Below are positions 1 to 9,326 of a stretch of DNA of 64,000 nt, one piece after another (positions within the stretch are counted from its first letter, which is position 1; every line of letters begins with the position of its first letter). Below the pieces are notes generated by a model, which was given only the letters and a program-made list of their open reading frames with translations, ran no database searches and was not told the DNA's origin. The stretch comes from Terriglobia bacterium (GTDB lineage Bacteria; Acidobacteriota; Polarisedimenticolia; Polarisedimenticolales; JAIQFR01), in contig CAVVHE010000008.1 in NCBI GenBank assembly GCA_963748015.1, positions 640,001-704,000 of the forward strand, given 5' to 3'. A program made the translations under genes and the position numbers.

Positions 1-278
1 TTGGGCTCGGCCTGGCCCAGCTGGTCTTCCTGCGGTGGGCGGAAGGGCATCTTGCGCGCGGGCCCCGGCTAGCCATCGCAGGGATCGCGTTCCTTGCGTA
101 CGCGGCGCTAATCGGAGCCTTGCTGTGGCGATTGGAGCGGCGACTGGGCCGTGTGCGTCCCACCTGCCCGCAGTGCGGCGTCGCGCTCAAGGGCATGTCG
201 GAGCGCGTTGCGGCCGCAACGGGAAAGTGTGGCAGCTGTGGCGGATGGATACTGGATCGAGAGGATCGGCAGGCATGA
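1..278 (+). CDS. Partial (5'-truncated) membrane protein with C-terminal Zn-ribbon
   Basis: Frame from nt 3 reads GLGLAQLVFLRW...IAFLAYAALIGALLW...CPQCG...CGSCGG, stop TGA at 276-278; not in the ORF track. Confidence 0.6.
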   Translation, partial: GLGLAQLVFLRWAEGHLARGPRLAIAGIAFLAYAALIGALLWRLERRLGRVRPTCPQCGVALKGMSERVAAATGKCGSCGGWILDREDRQA

Positions 279-321
279 GCGGGCGCGCGGCACGGGGCGG
301 CCCAGCACTCGATATGAAGCG

Positions 322-381
322 GTCCAAACGGCACGCAGCGGACGGCGCTGCGCGGCCGCGGCGGATGCCGGGCCGTCAGAC
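322..381. other. Degenerate integron attC-like site
   Basis: GTCCAAAC-GGCACGCAGCGGACGGCGCTGCGCGGCCGCGGCGGATGCCG-GGCC-GTCAGAC: RYYYAAC-like left end, inner pair CGGCA/TGCCG, GTTRRRY-like right end with GTT changed to GTC. Confidence 0.5.
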
Positions 382-523
382 GCGCGGAAGGCATCGAACG
401 AAATGAGAGCCGTACCTCTTGCCGCCGTGCTTGCAGCCGGGGTTGGCCTTGCGCCGGCACAGACGACGGTGCCCCCGCCTGGGCACCCCACGTAGGCCGT
501 CGCAGTCGGAGGTCATTGCTGCC

Positions 524-844
524 ATGCCGAACGGACACGGTGGAGTGCCTTTCCTCGGCTACCCGGTCTTCCTGGCGGTCATGTTCGCCATCTTCGCCGG
601 GCTCCCTCTCGAGGCCCCGCTCGGCTGGGCGTGGGTCTCCATCTGCCTGGTGCTCGCCGCGCTCACCGGCTGGCGGTTGGCGTACGATCTACACATGCGA
701 GGGGCTGACGAGTACGGCGGGGCCTACACGCCTCCCGATGCGTACCGGCGAGCCTCCCGGCGGTATCGGCTGCTGGCGGTCGCGTACGCGGTTCTCGCCA
801 CGACCGTCGGTCTTGGAGTCCTGTGGTGGCGTGGCCTGCCATAG
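524..844 (+). CDS. Small membrane protein (about 3 TM helices)
   Basis: GGAGG then ATG 524; hydrophobic segments. Confidence 0.6.
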   Translation: MPNGHGGVPFLGYPVFLAVMFAIFAGLPLEAPLGWAWVSICLVLAALTGWRLAYDLHMRGADEYGGAYTPPDAYRRASRRYRLLAVAYAVLATTVGLGVLWWRGLP

Positions 845-852
845 CGGCTACG

Positions 853-1284
853 GTGAACGAGAAAGCCGTGTTCGACAGAGACTCGGGACACACCTTCGCT
901 CCCGGCTTCCGGCTGTCGCGGCTCGACGTGACGATCCTCGTCGTCGGCGTGGCGGTCGCGCTCGCGCTCTCGATGGCGGTCCCCTGGTGCGGACTCGTCG
1001 TCGGCCTCGTGCTCGGACATTTCTTCCTGTTCTGCAACGTCGTGCGCCTGTCCCGGTCTCTCGAGCTCGTGTGGGCTGCCGTGTTCACGACCCTCGCCGC
1101 AGCGACCGTCGCGCTGGACGCTCCGGGTTGGTCGGTCACGGTCTCGGTCTCGCTCGTCGCAACTATGGCGGTCGTCGTGGTCGAGATGCGGAAGCGGTCT
1201 TACCATGGGGTCGGCTGGCAGTGGATCAACCCGGGGCTGCCGGATTGGTGGAGATCGCGGGGGTCCAGGAGCGGCGGCGGCTAG
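853..1284 (+). CDS. Hypothetical membrane protein (about 4 TM helices)
   Basis: Hydrophobic ORF with HFFLFCNV and YHGVGWQWINP; start codon uncertain. Confidence 0.65.
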   Translation: MNEKAVFDRDSGHTFAPGFRLSRLDVTILVVGVAVALALSMAVPWCGLVVGLVLGHFFLFCNVVRLSRSLELVWAAVFTTLAAATVALDAPGWSVTVSVSLVATMAVVVVEMRKRSYHGVGWQWINPGLPDWWRSRGSRSGGG

Positions 1285-1530
1285 CGACGCGTCCTGACGG
1301 GATGTTCCGTGCGTCACGGCCCGCGCGTTCGACCGCACGGGTCGCGCCAGGTGCTCCCGGCGCTCGGAGGGCACGTCAGGTCGTCCGAGGGGACCGAGGA
1401 GAACGAAAGGGTGAGGCAGACGCCGCAGAAGCTGCTCGCCGCGTACGTGCGCGTGTTCGAGCGACGACGTCGCACGCGGTGTTGCCGGCCGCGCATGCAC
1501 TTCCGAGCCCCCAAGCAAGGAGGGAAGGCC

Positions 1531-2139
1531 GTGAAGATGACTTCGACTCTCCGTGCGCTCTCCCTCGTGGTACTCGCCGTCGCATTCTTCCCGGCGGTCG
1601 CTGCGCACGCACAGACGCCCCCCGCCGGGCCGGCCGCGGCGTCGAAGGCCCCGGCGCCCGGCTCGGTCCCGGTCGCCGACGTGGCACCCCGCCCGGAAGA
1701 CGTGTCGACGATGGACGGCATCATCCGGGCGTTCTACGAGGTCATCACCGGGCCGCCCGGTCAGCCTCGCCAGTGGGCGCGCGACCGGACGCTCTACATT
1801 CCCGGGGTCCGCTTAGTGTCCATGAGTGTCGGCAAGGACGGAAAGCCTCGCGCGGAAGTGGCCACGCACCAGGAGTTCGTCGACCGTAGCGACGCCCGGA
1901 TGGTGAAGGGGGGATTCTACGAGCAGGAGCTCCACCGGGTGACGAAGCGGTTCGGCAACATCGCCCACGTCTTCTCGACGTACGAGACTCGCCTTGCGAA
2001 GAACGGCCCCGTGATCGGACGCGGCGTCAACTCCATCGAGTTGTTCTGGGACGGCACCCGCTGGTGGATTGCCTCCGCGATCTGGGACGGCGAGCGGGAC
2101 GACAACCCGCTCCCGAAGGACCTGTCGCCGCCGCGCTGA
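1531..2139 (+). CDS. Secreted NTF2/SnoaL-like hypothetical protein
   Basis: Signal peptide ending AHA, Pro/Ala linker, FGNIAHVFSTYE...RGVNSIEL...RWWI motif. Confidence 0.7.
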   Translation: MKMTSTLRALSLVVLAVAFFPAVAAHAQTPPAGPAAASKAPAPGSVPVADVAPRPEDVSTMDGIIRAFYEVITGPPGQPRQWARDRTLYIPGVRLVSMSVGKDGKPRAEVATHQEFVDRSDARMVKGGFYEQELHRVTKRFGNIAHVFSTYETRLAKNGPVIGRGVNSIELFWDGTRWWIASAIWDGERDDNPLPKDLSPPR

Positions 2140-2266
2140 CCGGGCGAAGCGAGTCCCGACGAATCGGGGGGCGGAAGTCGGAGGCACGACTCCGGCGTGG
2201 TCGATGCGAGGGCGCGCGTGGATCGGGACGGCGGCCGGGCGACCGTCGTCGGAATAGGGGCGACGC

Positions 2267-2638
2267 ATGCGACGGGTAGTCAACATCGCGGAGTGCTTCG
2301 AACGGTTCGCGGACACCTACTCGCCGAAGATCGTGGGCGACGTGAATGGCCAGCACGTCAAGGTGGCCCGGCTCGAGGGCGACAAATGCCCGTGGCACAC
2401 GCACGCGAGCGAGGACGAGCTGTTCTACGTTCTGGAGGGAGTACTCGACATCCACGACGAGGACGAGGTGTTCCGTCTGCGTGCGGGCGAGTTCTATATC
2501 GTGTCCCGCGGGAGGAGGCACCGGGTCGTACCGCAGGGGCACGTCAAGCTCGTGCTGTTCGAGCCGGCCGGCATCGCGCACACGGGGGACGTGCGGGCCG
2601 AGATCACGAGAGACTCGTGCGAGCGGCTCGACGTATGA
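2267..2638 (+). CDS. Cupin domain protein
   Basis: WHTHASEDELFYVLEG and GEFYIVSRGRRH cupin motifs. Confidence 0.9.
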   Translation: MRRVVNIAECFERFADTYSPKIVGDVNGQHVKVARLEGDKCPWHTHASEDELFYVLEGVLDIHDEDEVFRLRAGEFYIVSRGRRHRVVPQGHVKLVLFEPAGIAHTGDVRAEITRDSCERLDV

Positions 2639-4164
2639 GGCCGGCGGGCCCGGCGACGCTCGGGAGACCCCGGAGGAAAGACGGGCCAGGCGCCCAGCTC
2701 GCCGCTGCCGGCGACGGGGTGGGTGCGCTTGCCGGAGTGGTTTCGGCCATTCGAGCCGCCCTCCTCGTGCTGGGCCTCCTGCAGGCGAGCTGTTCGGCCG
2801 GCGGGGACAGCGCCTCCCCGGCGCCCGCGGGCTCCTCGCTCGTGCTCGAGGACGTGACCGTCGTGGACGGAGAGAGCGCCCTCCCCCGTCCCGGCATGTC
2901 CGTCGTCATCACGGATGGAACGATTGCGCAGGTCGCACCCGCCGGCGCCGTCGCGATCCAGCGAGGGTGGCGGGTGCAGCGGTTGCCCGGACGCTTCATC
3001 CTCCCCGGCCTGGTCGACACGCACGCGCACGTGACCTTCCTGCGCGATCCGGATCGCTTCGCCGGCTACGACCGGGCGACGTCGGAAAGGATCCTCAAGA
3101 TCCTCCTCGCTCACGGGATCACCCTGGTTCTGAACCCGGCGGCACCCGAGTCGGACGCGGTCGAGCTGCGCGATGCCATCGCGGCCGGGCGCGTTCTCGG
3201 CCCGCGGATGCTCACCGCGGGGCGGCCGATCGACCGGGGGGCCGATTGCGACGCGGACGAGGTTCGAGCCGAGGTGGAGCGGCAGGTCGGGACCGGCGTC
3301 GATTACGTCAAGGTTTACGCGAGAATGCCGCCGCACCTGATCCGCGCCGCCACCGAGGTGGCCCACGCCCACGGCGTGCGCGTCGTCGGCCATCTCGACG
3401 CGGCCTCGCCCGAGCAGGCGGTGGAGGCGGGAATCGACGCGATCACGCACGGCTCGTCCTGGACACCCGGACTCCTGCCTCCCGAGCGGCAGGAGCCCTA
3501 CCTGAATCGGCGCCGCGAGGTCGGCGCCATCCGCGCGAGGATCGACTGGCTCGCGTGGGTGAACCTGGATGGCGCCGAGATCCGGGGCTCCATCCAGGCC
3601 GTCGCCAGGACGCGCACGCCCCTCACCCCGACGCTCATCGCGTACGTCACCAAGTTCAGGGGCCGCGATCCGCGGTACCGGAACGGCCCGTACCTGCGGG
3701 TCGCGCCGCGGGAGGTTCTCGACACCTGGAAAGGCGCTCTCGGCTCCTGGACCGACGAGGACTTCGAGCGGGGCGCCGCCGTGTGGCCGCGAGTGCTGGA
3801 GCTGGTGAAGCGGTACTACGACGCGGGCGCCCTGCTGGCGACCGGATCGGACTTTCCGAATCCCTTCGTGGTGCCGGGCGCCGGCCTGCACGACGAGATG
3901 GAGCTGCTGGTTCAGGCCGGCATTCCGCCCGCGGAGGTGATCCGGATCGCGACCCGAAACGGGGCGGAGGCCCTGGGACGTCTCGCGGAAACCGGAACCG
4001 TGGCGGTCGGAAAGCGCGCCGATCTCGTCGTGCTCGATGCCGATCCCACGGCCGACATCGCCAGCATTCGCAGCATCGAGAAGGTCTTTCTCGGCGGGAA
4101 GGAGTATTCGCCCCGCGAGCTACTCCGGGAGGCGGGTGTCGATGCCGCAGCCGGCTCGCGTTGA
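2635..4164 (+). CDS. Amidohydrolase family protein, probably exported
   Basis: PGLVDTHAH, YVKVY, GHL, ITHG, TGSD, GKRADLVVLDADP; ATGA overlap with the cupin stop; start could be later (about 2719). Confidence 0.85.
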   Translation: MRPAGPATLGRPRRKDGPGAQLAAAGDGVGALAGVVSAIRAALLVLGLLQASCSAGGDSASPAPAGSSLVLEDVTVVDGESALPRPGMSVVITDGTIAQVAPAGAVAIQRGWRVQRLPGRFILPGLVDTHAHVTFLRDPDRFAGYDRATSERILKILLAHGITLVLNPAAPESDAVELRDAIAAGRVLGPRMLTAGRPIDRGADCDADEVRAEVERQVGTGVDYVKVYARMPPHLIRAATEVAHAHGVRVVGHLDAASPEQAVEAGIDAITHGSSWTPGLLPPERQEPYLNRRREVGAIRARIDWLAWVNLDGAEIRGSIQAVARTRTPLTPTLIAYVTKFRGRDPRYRNGPYLRVAPREVLDTWKGALGSWTDEDFERGAAVWPRVLELVKRYYDAGALLATGSDFPNPFVVPGAGLHDEMELLVQAGIPPAEVIRIATRNGAEALGRLAETGTVAVGKRADLVVLDADPTADIASIRSIEKVFLGGKEYSPRELLREAGVDAAAGSR

Positions 4165-4214
4165 TCGTCGAGGCTCTTCGACCGTGGCGAGACCGTCACC
4201 TTCGGAACGCCGTG

Positions 4215-4616
4215 ATGCTTGAAACCGCTGCTCGCGTTCTCGGCCTCTGCCTCGCTCTTGCCTGCGCGGAGATGATCCACGGGATCGCCCGGGTGCGTTT
4301 CCTGCTCCCGCGAGTGGGTAAGCGCCGGGCCCAGCGGGTGAGCATCGTCACCGGGTCTTTGCTCGCGTTCGTCGTGTGCGGCCTCATCGTCCCGACGCTC
4401 GGCCTGTCGGGGCCCGGCCCCCTGCTCGCGCTCGGGTTCTTTCTCTCGGCGTTCATGGCGTCGTTCGACGTCGCCGTGGGACGAATCTTGATGAAACGCC
4501 GGTGGGCGGCCGTCGCCGAGGACTTCGATCCGCGCAAGGGCAACTACCTGGTCTTCGGTCTGGCCTTCCTCGTGTTGATTCCCTACGCCGTCATGGCCAT
4601 CGCGGGGCGGTCGTAG
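4215..4616 (+). CDS. Hypothetical membrane protein (about 4 TM helices)
   Basis: Hydrophobic C-terminal part of ORF 2346..4616; EMIHGIAR, FDVAVGR, DFDPRKGNYL. Confidence 0.7.
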   Translation: MLETAARVLGLCLALACAEMIHGIARVRFLLPRVGKRRAQRVSIVTGSLLAFVVCGLIVPTLGLSGPGPLLALGFFLSAFMASFDVAVGRILMKRRWAAVAEDFDPRKGNYLVFGLAFLVLIPYAVMAIAGRS

Positions 4617-4628
4617 GCGAGGTGCGTC

Positions 4629-5111
4629 ATGGGCAAAGTGGAAGAACGGCTCTCGGCTCTCGGACTGGCGCTCCCGGCTCCTCTCGAGGCGCCGCCGGGC
4701 GTGGTGCTCCCGTTCCGGTTCGTCAGGGTCACCGGCACGCGGGCGTTCATCTCCGGTCACGGCCCCACCCGCGCCGACGGGACGCTCGCGGCCCCGCTGG
4801 GCAAGCTCGGGCGCGAGCTCACCGTGGAGCAAGGCTACGCGGCGGCGCGCCTCACCGCACTGGCCATCCTGGGCAGCCTGAAGCGCGCCCTCGGCGACCT
4901 CGATCGCATCGCCGCCTGGAACCGGGTCTTCGGCATGGTCAACTCCGCGCCAGGCTTCAACAGGCAGCCGAGCGTCATCAACGGGTTCTCCGATCTCGTC
5001 CTCGAGCTGTTCGGCCCCGAGATCGGCGCTCACTCGCGCAGCGCCGTCGGCATGGCCGAGCTTCCGTTCGATATTCCGGTCGAGATCGAGGGCGAGGTCG
5101 AGCTCCGGTAG
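4629..5111 (+). CDS. RidA/YjgF family protein
   Basis: ISGHGP, VINGFSDL, GAHSRSAVGMAELP, VEIE. Confidence 0.9.
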   Translation: MGKVEERLSALGLALPAPLEAPPGVVLPFRFVRVTGTRAFISGHGPTRADGTLAAPLGKLGRELTVEQGYAAARLTALAILGSLKRALGDLDRIAAWNRVFGMVNSAPGFNRQPSVINGFSDLVLELFGPEIGAHSRSAVGMAELPFDIPVEIEGEVELR

Positions 5112-5147
5112 TAGCTCACGCGCGAGCGCCTCAGGAGGGCGAGAACC

Positions 5148-5534
5148 ATGGCGATACGGGTCGTCCGGCTCGGCACCCCGAGGGCTTCCGGCGAAGGCCT
5201 GCGCCTCGGCACGGTGCGGCGCCCGCCGCGGGGGGTGCCCAAGGCCGAGTACGCTTCGCGCGACATCTACGACCTCTGGCTGCCCGAGCTGGCGCCGTCC
5301 GAGGAGCTGGTCAAGCTCGCGCTGGGCACTCGCGACGAGCGGGCATGGCGGCGATTCGTCCAGCGCTACCGGGCCGAGATGAGGCGTCCTCCCGCCGCGC
5401 GGCTCCTGGATCTCCTCGCGGCGATGTCGCAGCGCGCGGACTTCTCCGTGGGCTGCTACTGCGCGGACGAGACCCGGTGCCACCGCTCGGTCCTGAAGGC
5501 GCTTCTCGAGGAGCACGGCGCGCGGTTCGCTTGA
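5148..5534 (+). CDS. DUF488 family protein
   Basis: RRPPRGVPK, WLPELAPSEEL, GCYC...CHRSVL. Confidence 0.85.
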   Translation: MAIRVVRLGTPRASGEGLRLGTVRRPPRGVPKAEYASRDIYDLWLPELAPSEELVKLALGTRDERAWRRFVQRYRAEMRRPPAARLLDLLAAMSQRADFSVGCYCADETRCHRSVLKALLEEHGARFA

Positions 5535-5580
5535 CGCAGGTCGCCGCGGCGAATCCTGCGTGCTCGACCGCGAGGGCCGG

Positions 5581-6237
5581 ATGAGCGACGATGGTTTCGT
5601 GGAGGTCCGTCCCCGAGATCTCGAGCGCCCTTACGGACCACGGGTGCGCCCGGCCGCGACGATCCCGCTCGCCCTGACCGCCCTTCGCGCGCTCCTGGCG
5701 CCGGTGGTGGTCGGCTTGTCGCTGTGGCGGCCGTCCGGGCTCGGGTTCGGGATCTGCCTGGCGCTGGCGTTCCTTTCGGACGTGTTCGACGGGATCGTCG
5801 CTCGCCGTCTCGACGTGGCGACGACGACCCTGCGGCGGCTCGACAGCATCGTGGACACCGTCTTCTACCTGGCGGTGCTCTTCGCGGCCTGGCATCTGCA
5901 CCCGGCGGCGATTCTCCGGAGCCTGGCTCCGCTGGCCGTTCTCGGCGGGCTCGAGATCGCGCGCTACTGCCTGGACCTCGCCAAGTTCAAGCGAGAGGCC
6001 AGCTACCACATGTGGTCGTCGAAGATCTGGGGGATACTGCTGTTCGCGGGGTTCTTCTCGCTGCTGGCGCTCGGCCGGGACGGGTTGCCCGTGGATCTGG
6101 CGATCTATGCCGGCATCCTCGCCGACGTCGAGGGGCTCGCGATTTCCATCGTTCTGCGGGAGTGGACGACCGACGTTCCCACTGTCCTTCACGCCATTCG
6201 AATTCGCGGACGGCAGCAAGCCGGATCCGTCGTCTGA
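5581..6237 (+). CDS. CDP-alcohol phosphatidyltransferase family protein
   Basis: SDVFDGIVARR...LDSIVD signature. Confidence 0.85.
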   Translation: MSDDGFVEVRPRDLERPYGPRVRPAATIPLALTALRALLAPVVVGLSLWRPSGLGFGICLALAFLSDVFDGIVARRLDVATTTLRRLDSIVDTVFYLAVLFAAWHLHPAAILRSLAPLAVLGGLEIARYCLDLAKFKREASYHMWSSKIWGILLFAGFFSLLALGRDGLPVDLAIYAGILADVEGLAISIVLREWTTDVPTVLHAIRIRGRQQAGSVV

Positions 6238-6250
6238 GCCGAACCGGGTC

Positions 6251-6485
6251 GTGCGACCGGCCGTCCGGCGCGGGGAGGGGATCGGGATGCACCTGTTTCG
6301 GCGGCCGCCCGGATCCGAGGTTCTTCGGGAGACTGGGCTACGTCGCATTGGCTCGGGACGAAGCCCCGGAGAGCATCCGGGGGACTTCGGAATTCTCCGG
6401 CATCTGCCCGGCGAGCTCCGTGTTCATGGTCAAGGACCTGACTGCCGTAGCCCGGAGACCGCCGGTCGGGCGACGAGACACTTGA
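6251..6485 (+). pseudogene. Decayed GNAT acetyltransferase fragment (ArsN2-like)
   Basis: VRPAVRRGEGIGMHL (acetyl-CoA motif-like) in one frame, then FFGRLGY...DEAPESIRGTSEFSGICPASSVFMVKDL in another; no intact start. Confidence 0.6.
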
Positions 6486-6498
6486 GCGAGGAGACATC

Positions 6499-7182
6499 GT
6501 GGACCCCTACGTGACCGCCGAGAACATCGGATTCAAGACGCAGGCGTGGCTGGAGCGAATCCGCCCCTTCAACCAGCACGCGATGCGCCTCAACGCGGCG
6601 GCGAGCGCGCTGCTGGTCGTGGACATGCAGCAGTTCTTCCTCGACGCTTCGTCGCCGACGTTCGCGTGCGGCGGCGTGGCGATCCTCCCCACGGTGAAGC
6701 GCCTCCTGGACGCCTTCCGCGGCGCGGGCCGCCCCGTGATCTTCACCAAGCACGTTCACCATCCCGCCGACCTCGACAGCGGGATCATGGGGTGGTGGTG
6801 GCAGGGGAAGTGCATCGAGGGCAGTCCCGAGAGCGAGATCCACCCGAGCCTGGCCCCGCTGCCGGGGGAGAAGGTCGTCCTGAAGCACCGGTACTCCGCT
6901 TTCTACAACACGGATCTCGAAACCGTGCTGCGCTGCCTGAAGGTGGAGGACGTCGTGGTGACGGGGACCATGACCAACATGTGCTGCGAGTCCACGGCGC
7001 GGGACGCGTACTACCGCGACCACAGGGTCTTCTTCCCCGCGGACGGCACCGGCTCGATCAGCGAGGAGATGCACGTCGCGAGCCTCCTGAACCTCGCGTT
7101 CGGCTTCGCGTACGTGACGACCGGGGACGACATCGCGGCGCAGCTGGCCGGAGGATCGCCCCGCGGCGGGAGCCGGCCTTGA
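6499..7182 (+). CDS. Isochorismatase-family cysteine hydrolase
   Basis: LLVVDMQ, KHRYSAF, TNMCCESTARDA; GAGGAG RBS. Confidence 0.9.
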   Translation: MDPYVTAENIGFKTQAWLERIRPFNQHAMRLNAAASALLVVDMQQFFLDASSPTFACGGVAILPTVKRLLDAFRGAGRPVIFTKHVHHPADLDSGIMGWWWQGKCIEGSPESEIHPSLAPLPGEKVVLKHRYSAFYNTDLETVLRCLKVEDVVVTGTMTNMCCESTARDAYYRDHRVFFPADGTGSISEEMHVASLLNLAFGFAYVTTGDDIAAQLAGGSPRGGSRP

Positions 7183-8120
7183 GGAAGCTCCTCCTGCTTG
7201 CCGGCATCCTCGTCGCGGGGGTTTGCCTGTTCTTCTTCGGTAGCGCCTTCTTCCTCGCGCAGCGAGCCGACTACGGCTGGAGCCCGGGGGTCGCACGGCC
7301 TTCCTTCGCGGGCGAGCACCCGCGCGTACTCTTCGACGAGGGGCACGACAACGCTTCTACCGCCGGCTTCAGCGGGCGCTACTGGCCTTTTGCGAGGCTG
7401 CTTCGTGCGGACGGCTACCGCGTCGAGCGCGGGAGGGGAGCATTCACCGCCGCAAGCCTCGAAGGTGTCCGCGTGCTCGTCGTCGCGAATGCGACCGGCG
7501 CGCCGAAACCGCAGATGTTCGGCATCAATCTCCCGGTGCCCACGGACAAGCAGCGGAGCGATCCCGCATTCGCGCCCGAGGAGGTCGAGGCGGTGCACGC
7601 ATGGGTCGAGCGAGGCGGCGCCCTGCTTCTCATCGCCGACCACGCTCCGTTCGGAGAGGCCGCGGCCGCGCTCGCCGAGGCGTTCGGCGTGAACATGCAC
7701 AAGGGGTTCGTCGAGGTTCCGGGCGAGGTGTCGGACCCGCTTCTCTTCTCGGTCGAGAACGGGCGGCTGGGGCGGCACCCCATCCTCCAGGGCGGCGGTC
7801 CCGGCGACACCGTCTCGCGGGTGACGACCTACACCGGACAGTCGCTCGACGGCCCGCAAGGCGCCACGGTGCTGCTGCGACTGCCGTCGACGGCCGTGGA
7901 AGCGGTACCCGTCGGCGACGGCGGACTCGTCGAGCGAGCAGCCGGCGGCGCCCAGGGGGTAGCGTTCGACGTGGGCCAGGGCCGGGTCGTCGTCCTGGGG
8001 GAGGGTGGCATGGTCACCGCACAGGTGAGCCGCCGGGTGCCTTACGGCATCAACGCGCCCGGCAACGACAACCGGCGGTTCGTCCTGAACGTCATGCGCT
8101 GGCTGTGCGGAAAGCTCTGA
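7179..8120 (+). CDS. Exported class-I GATase-like (DUF4350-type) domain protein
   Basis: N-terminal TM, VLFDEGHDN, WVERGGALLLIADHAPFG, GRVVVLGE, DNRRFVLNVMRWL. Confidence 0.7.
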   Translation: MRKLLLLAGILVAGVCLFFFGSAFFLAQRADYGWSPGVARPSFAGEHPRVLFDEGHDNASTAGFSGRYWPFARLLRADGYRVERGRGAFTAASLEGVRVLVVANATGAPKPQMFGINLPVPTDKQRSDPAFAPEEVEAVHAWVERGGALLLIADHAPFGEAAAALAEAFGVNMHKGFVEVPGEVSDPLLFSVENGRLGRHPILQGGGPGDTVSRVTTYTGQSLDGPQGATVLLRLPSTAVEAVPVGDGGLVERAAGGAQGVAFDVGQGRVVVLGEGGMVTAQVSRRVPYGINAPGNDNRRFVLNVMRWLCGKL

Positions 8121-8261
8121 GCCATGAACCTCGCGGAAGAGCACCGGCGGCAATTCGCCTGGAGGTCGTGGCCGGAAATTCCCGAGGCGTTGCCCGGCTC
8201 GAGCCGACCACCGTTCGGAGGCGAAGGTGTACGGTTGTCTCGGCACGAGGAGGGAAGGCGA

Positions 8262-8548
8262 ATGACGAGAAGAGCCAGGTGGGGTCCCGTGGCCGTCACG
8301 GCGATCGTTCTGGGTGCGGCCTGCAGCTGGGCCGCGGAAACGCCGCGCCCCCGCCACCTCATCTACCTGCAAGGGCGGATCGTGCAGGAGCCGCAGAGCG
8401 CCCGGCCGAAACACCCGCGCACGGCTACGACGAGCTGGACAAGATCCTCGGCACGTTTCGAGACAAGGGCTTCGTGGTCAGCATGGCAATAGCAACTGAC
8501 GCCGGACGCGTCCGGGGGGCCGGTTCGGGCGCCGGGAGTCGTGAATGA
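8262..8548 (+). pseudogene. Frameshifted, truncated secreted alpha/beta-hydrolase-like gene
   Basis: Signal peptide plus HLIYLQGRIVQE...KHP, continuing in another frame near 8420 as HGYDELDKILGTFRDKGFVVS, then degenerating. Confidence 0.5.
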
Positions 8549-9291
8549 AGTTCCTTCCGCTGTTCATCGCGTACGCTGTCGTGCTGATGCTGGCACTCGC
8601 GCGGGCGGGTCACCGTTCGCGGCGGGCGCCTTCGGGCGCCGCACCGCGGCCTCGTCCCACGCGGCTGCTCGTCGTCGGGGCGACGGGCGGCACGGGCCGC
8701 CACCTGGTTGCGCAAGCCCTGGAGCGCGGGTACGCGGTGACGGCCCTCGTACGAGATCCGACGAGGCTCGTCTCCGATCATCCGCGACTCACGGTCGTCA
8801 AGGGTGACGTCCTCGACGCCGGTTCCATCGACGAGGCGATGCGCGGCCAGGAAGCCGTTCTGTGCGCGCTCGGCCACAGGCGGTACTTCGGTCCGAACCG
8901 CATTCTGTCGGAAGGGACGCGGAACATCCTGCATTCGATGGAGGCGCACGGTGTCGGGCGGTTCGTGTGCGAGACCTCCCTCGGCATAGGCGACAGCGCG
9001 GGGCGCATGGGCTTGTACTACACGCTCCTCGTCCTTCCGCTGATCCTGCCGTTCTATTTCTGGGACAAGACGCGCCAGGAGCGGATCATCGCGGATGGCA
9101 ACGTGGAGTGGGTGATCGTCCGACCCGGCGCCTTGACCGACGGCGACAGGCGAGGGCGCTGCCGCCACGGTCATCGCATCGGAAGCTTCCTGTGGACGGT
9201 GCGCATCTCCCGCGCGGACGTGGCGGACTTCATGCTGAACCAGCTGGAATCCGACACGTACCTGGGAACCGCCCCGGGCGTGTGCTGGTAG
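8545..9291 (+). CDS. NAD(P)H-binding oxidoreductase (atypical SDR, flavin reductase-like)
   Basis: VVGATGGTG, GDVLD, IVRPGAL, ISRADVA. Confidence 0.88.
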   Translation: MKFLPLFIAYAVVLMLALARAGHRSRRAPSGAAPRPRPTRLLVVGATGGTGRHLVAQALERGYAVTALVRDPTRLVSDHPRLTVVKGDVLDAGSIDEAMRGQEAVLCALGHRRYFGPNRILSEGTRNILHSMEAHGVGRFVCETSLGIGDSAGRMGLYYTLLVLPLILPFYFWDKTRQERIIADGNVEWVIVRPGALTDGDRRGRCRHGHRIGSFLWTVRISRADVADFMLNQLESDTYLGTAPGVCW

Positions 9292-9326
9292 GCCCGCCCG
9301 ACGGCAACGGCCCTCCGGGTCGCGGC

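Noticed and set aside
6238..6302. attC-like GCCGAAC...GTTTCGGC
   Set aside because: Box spacing is poor, and the sequence is better explained as part of the decayed GNAT gene.
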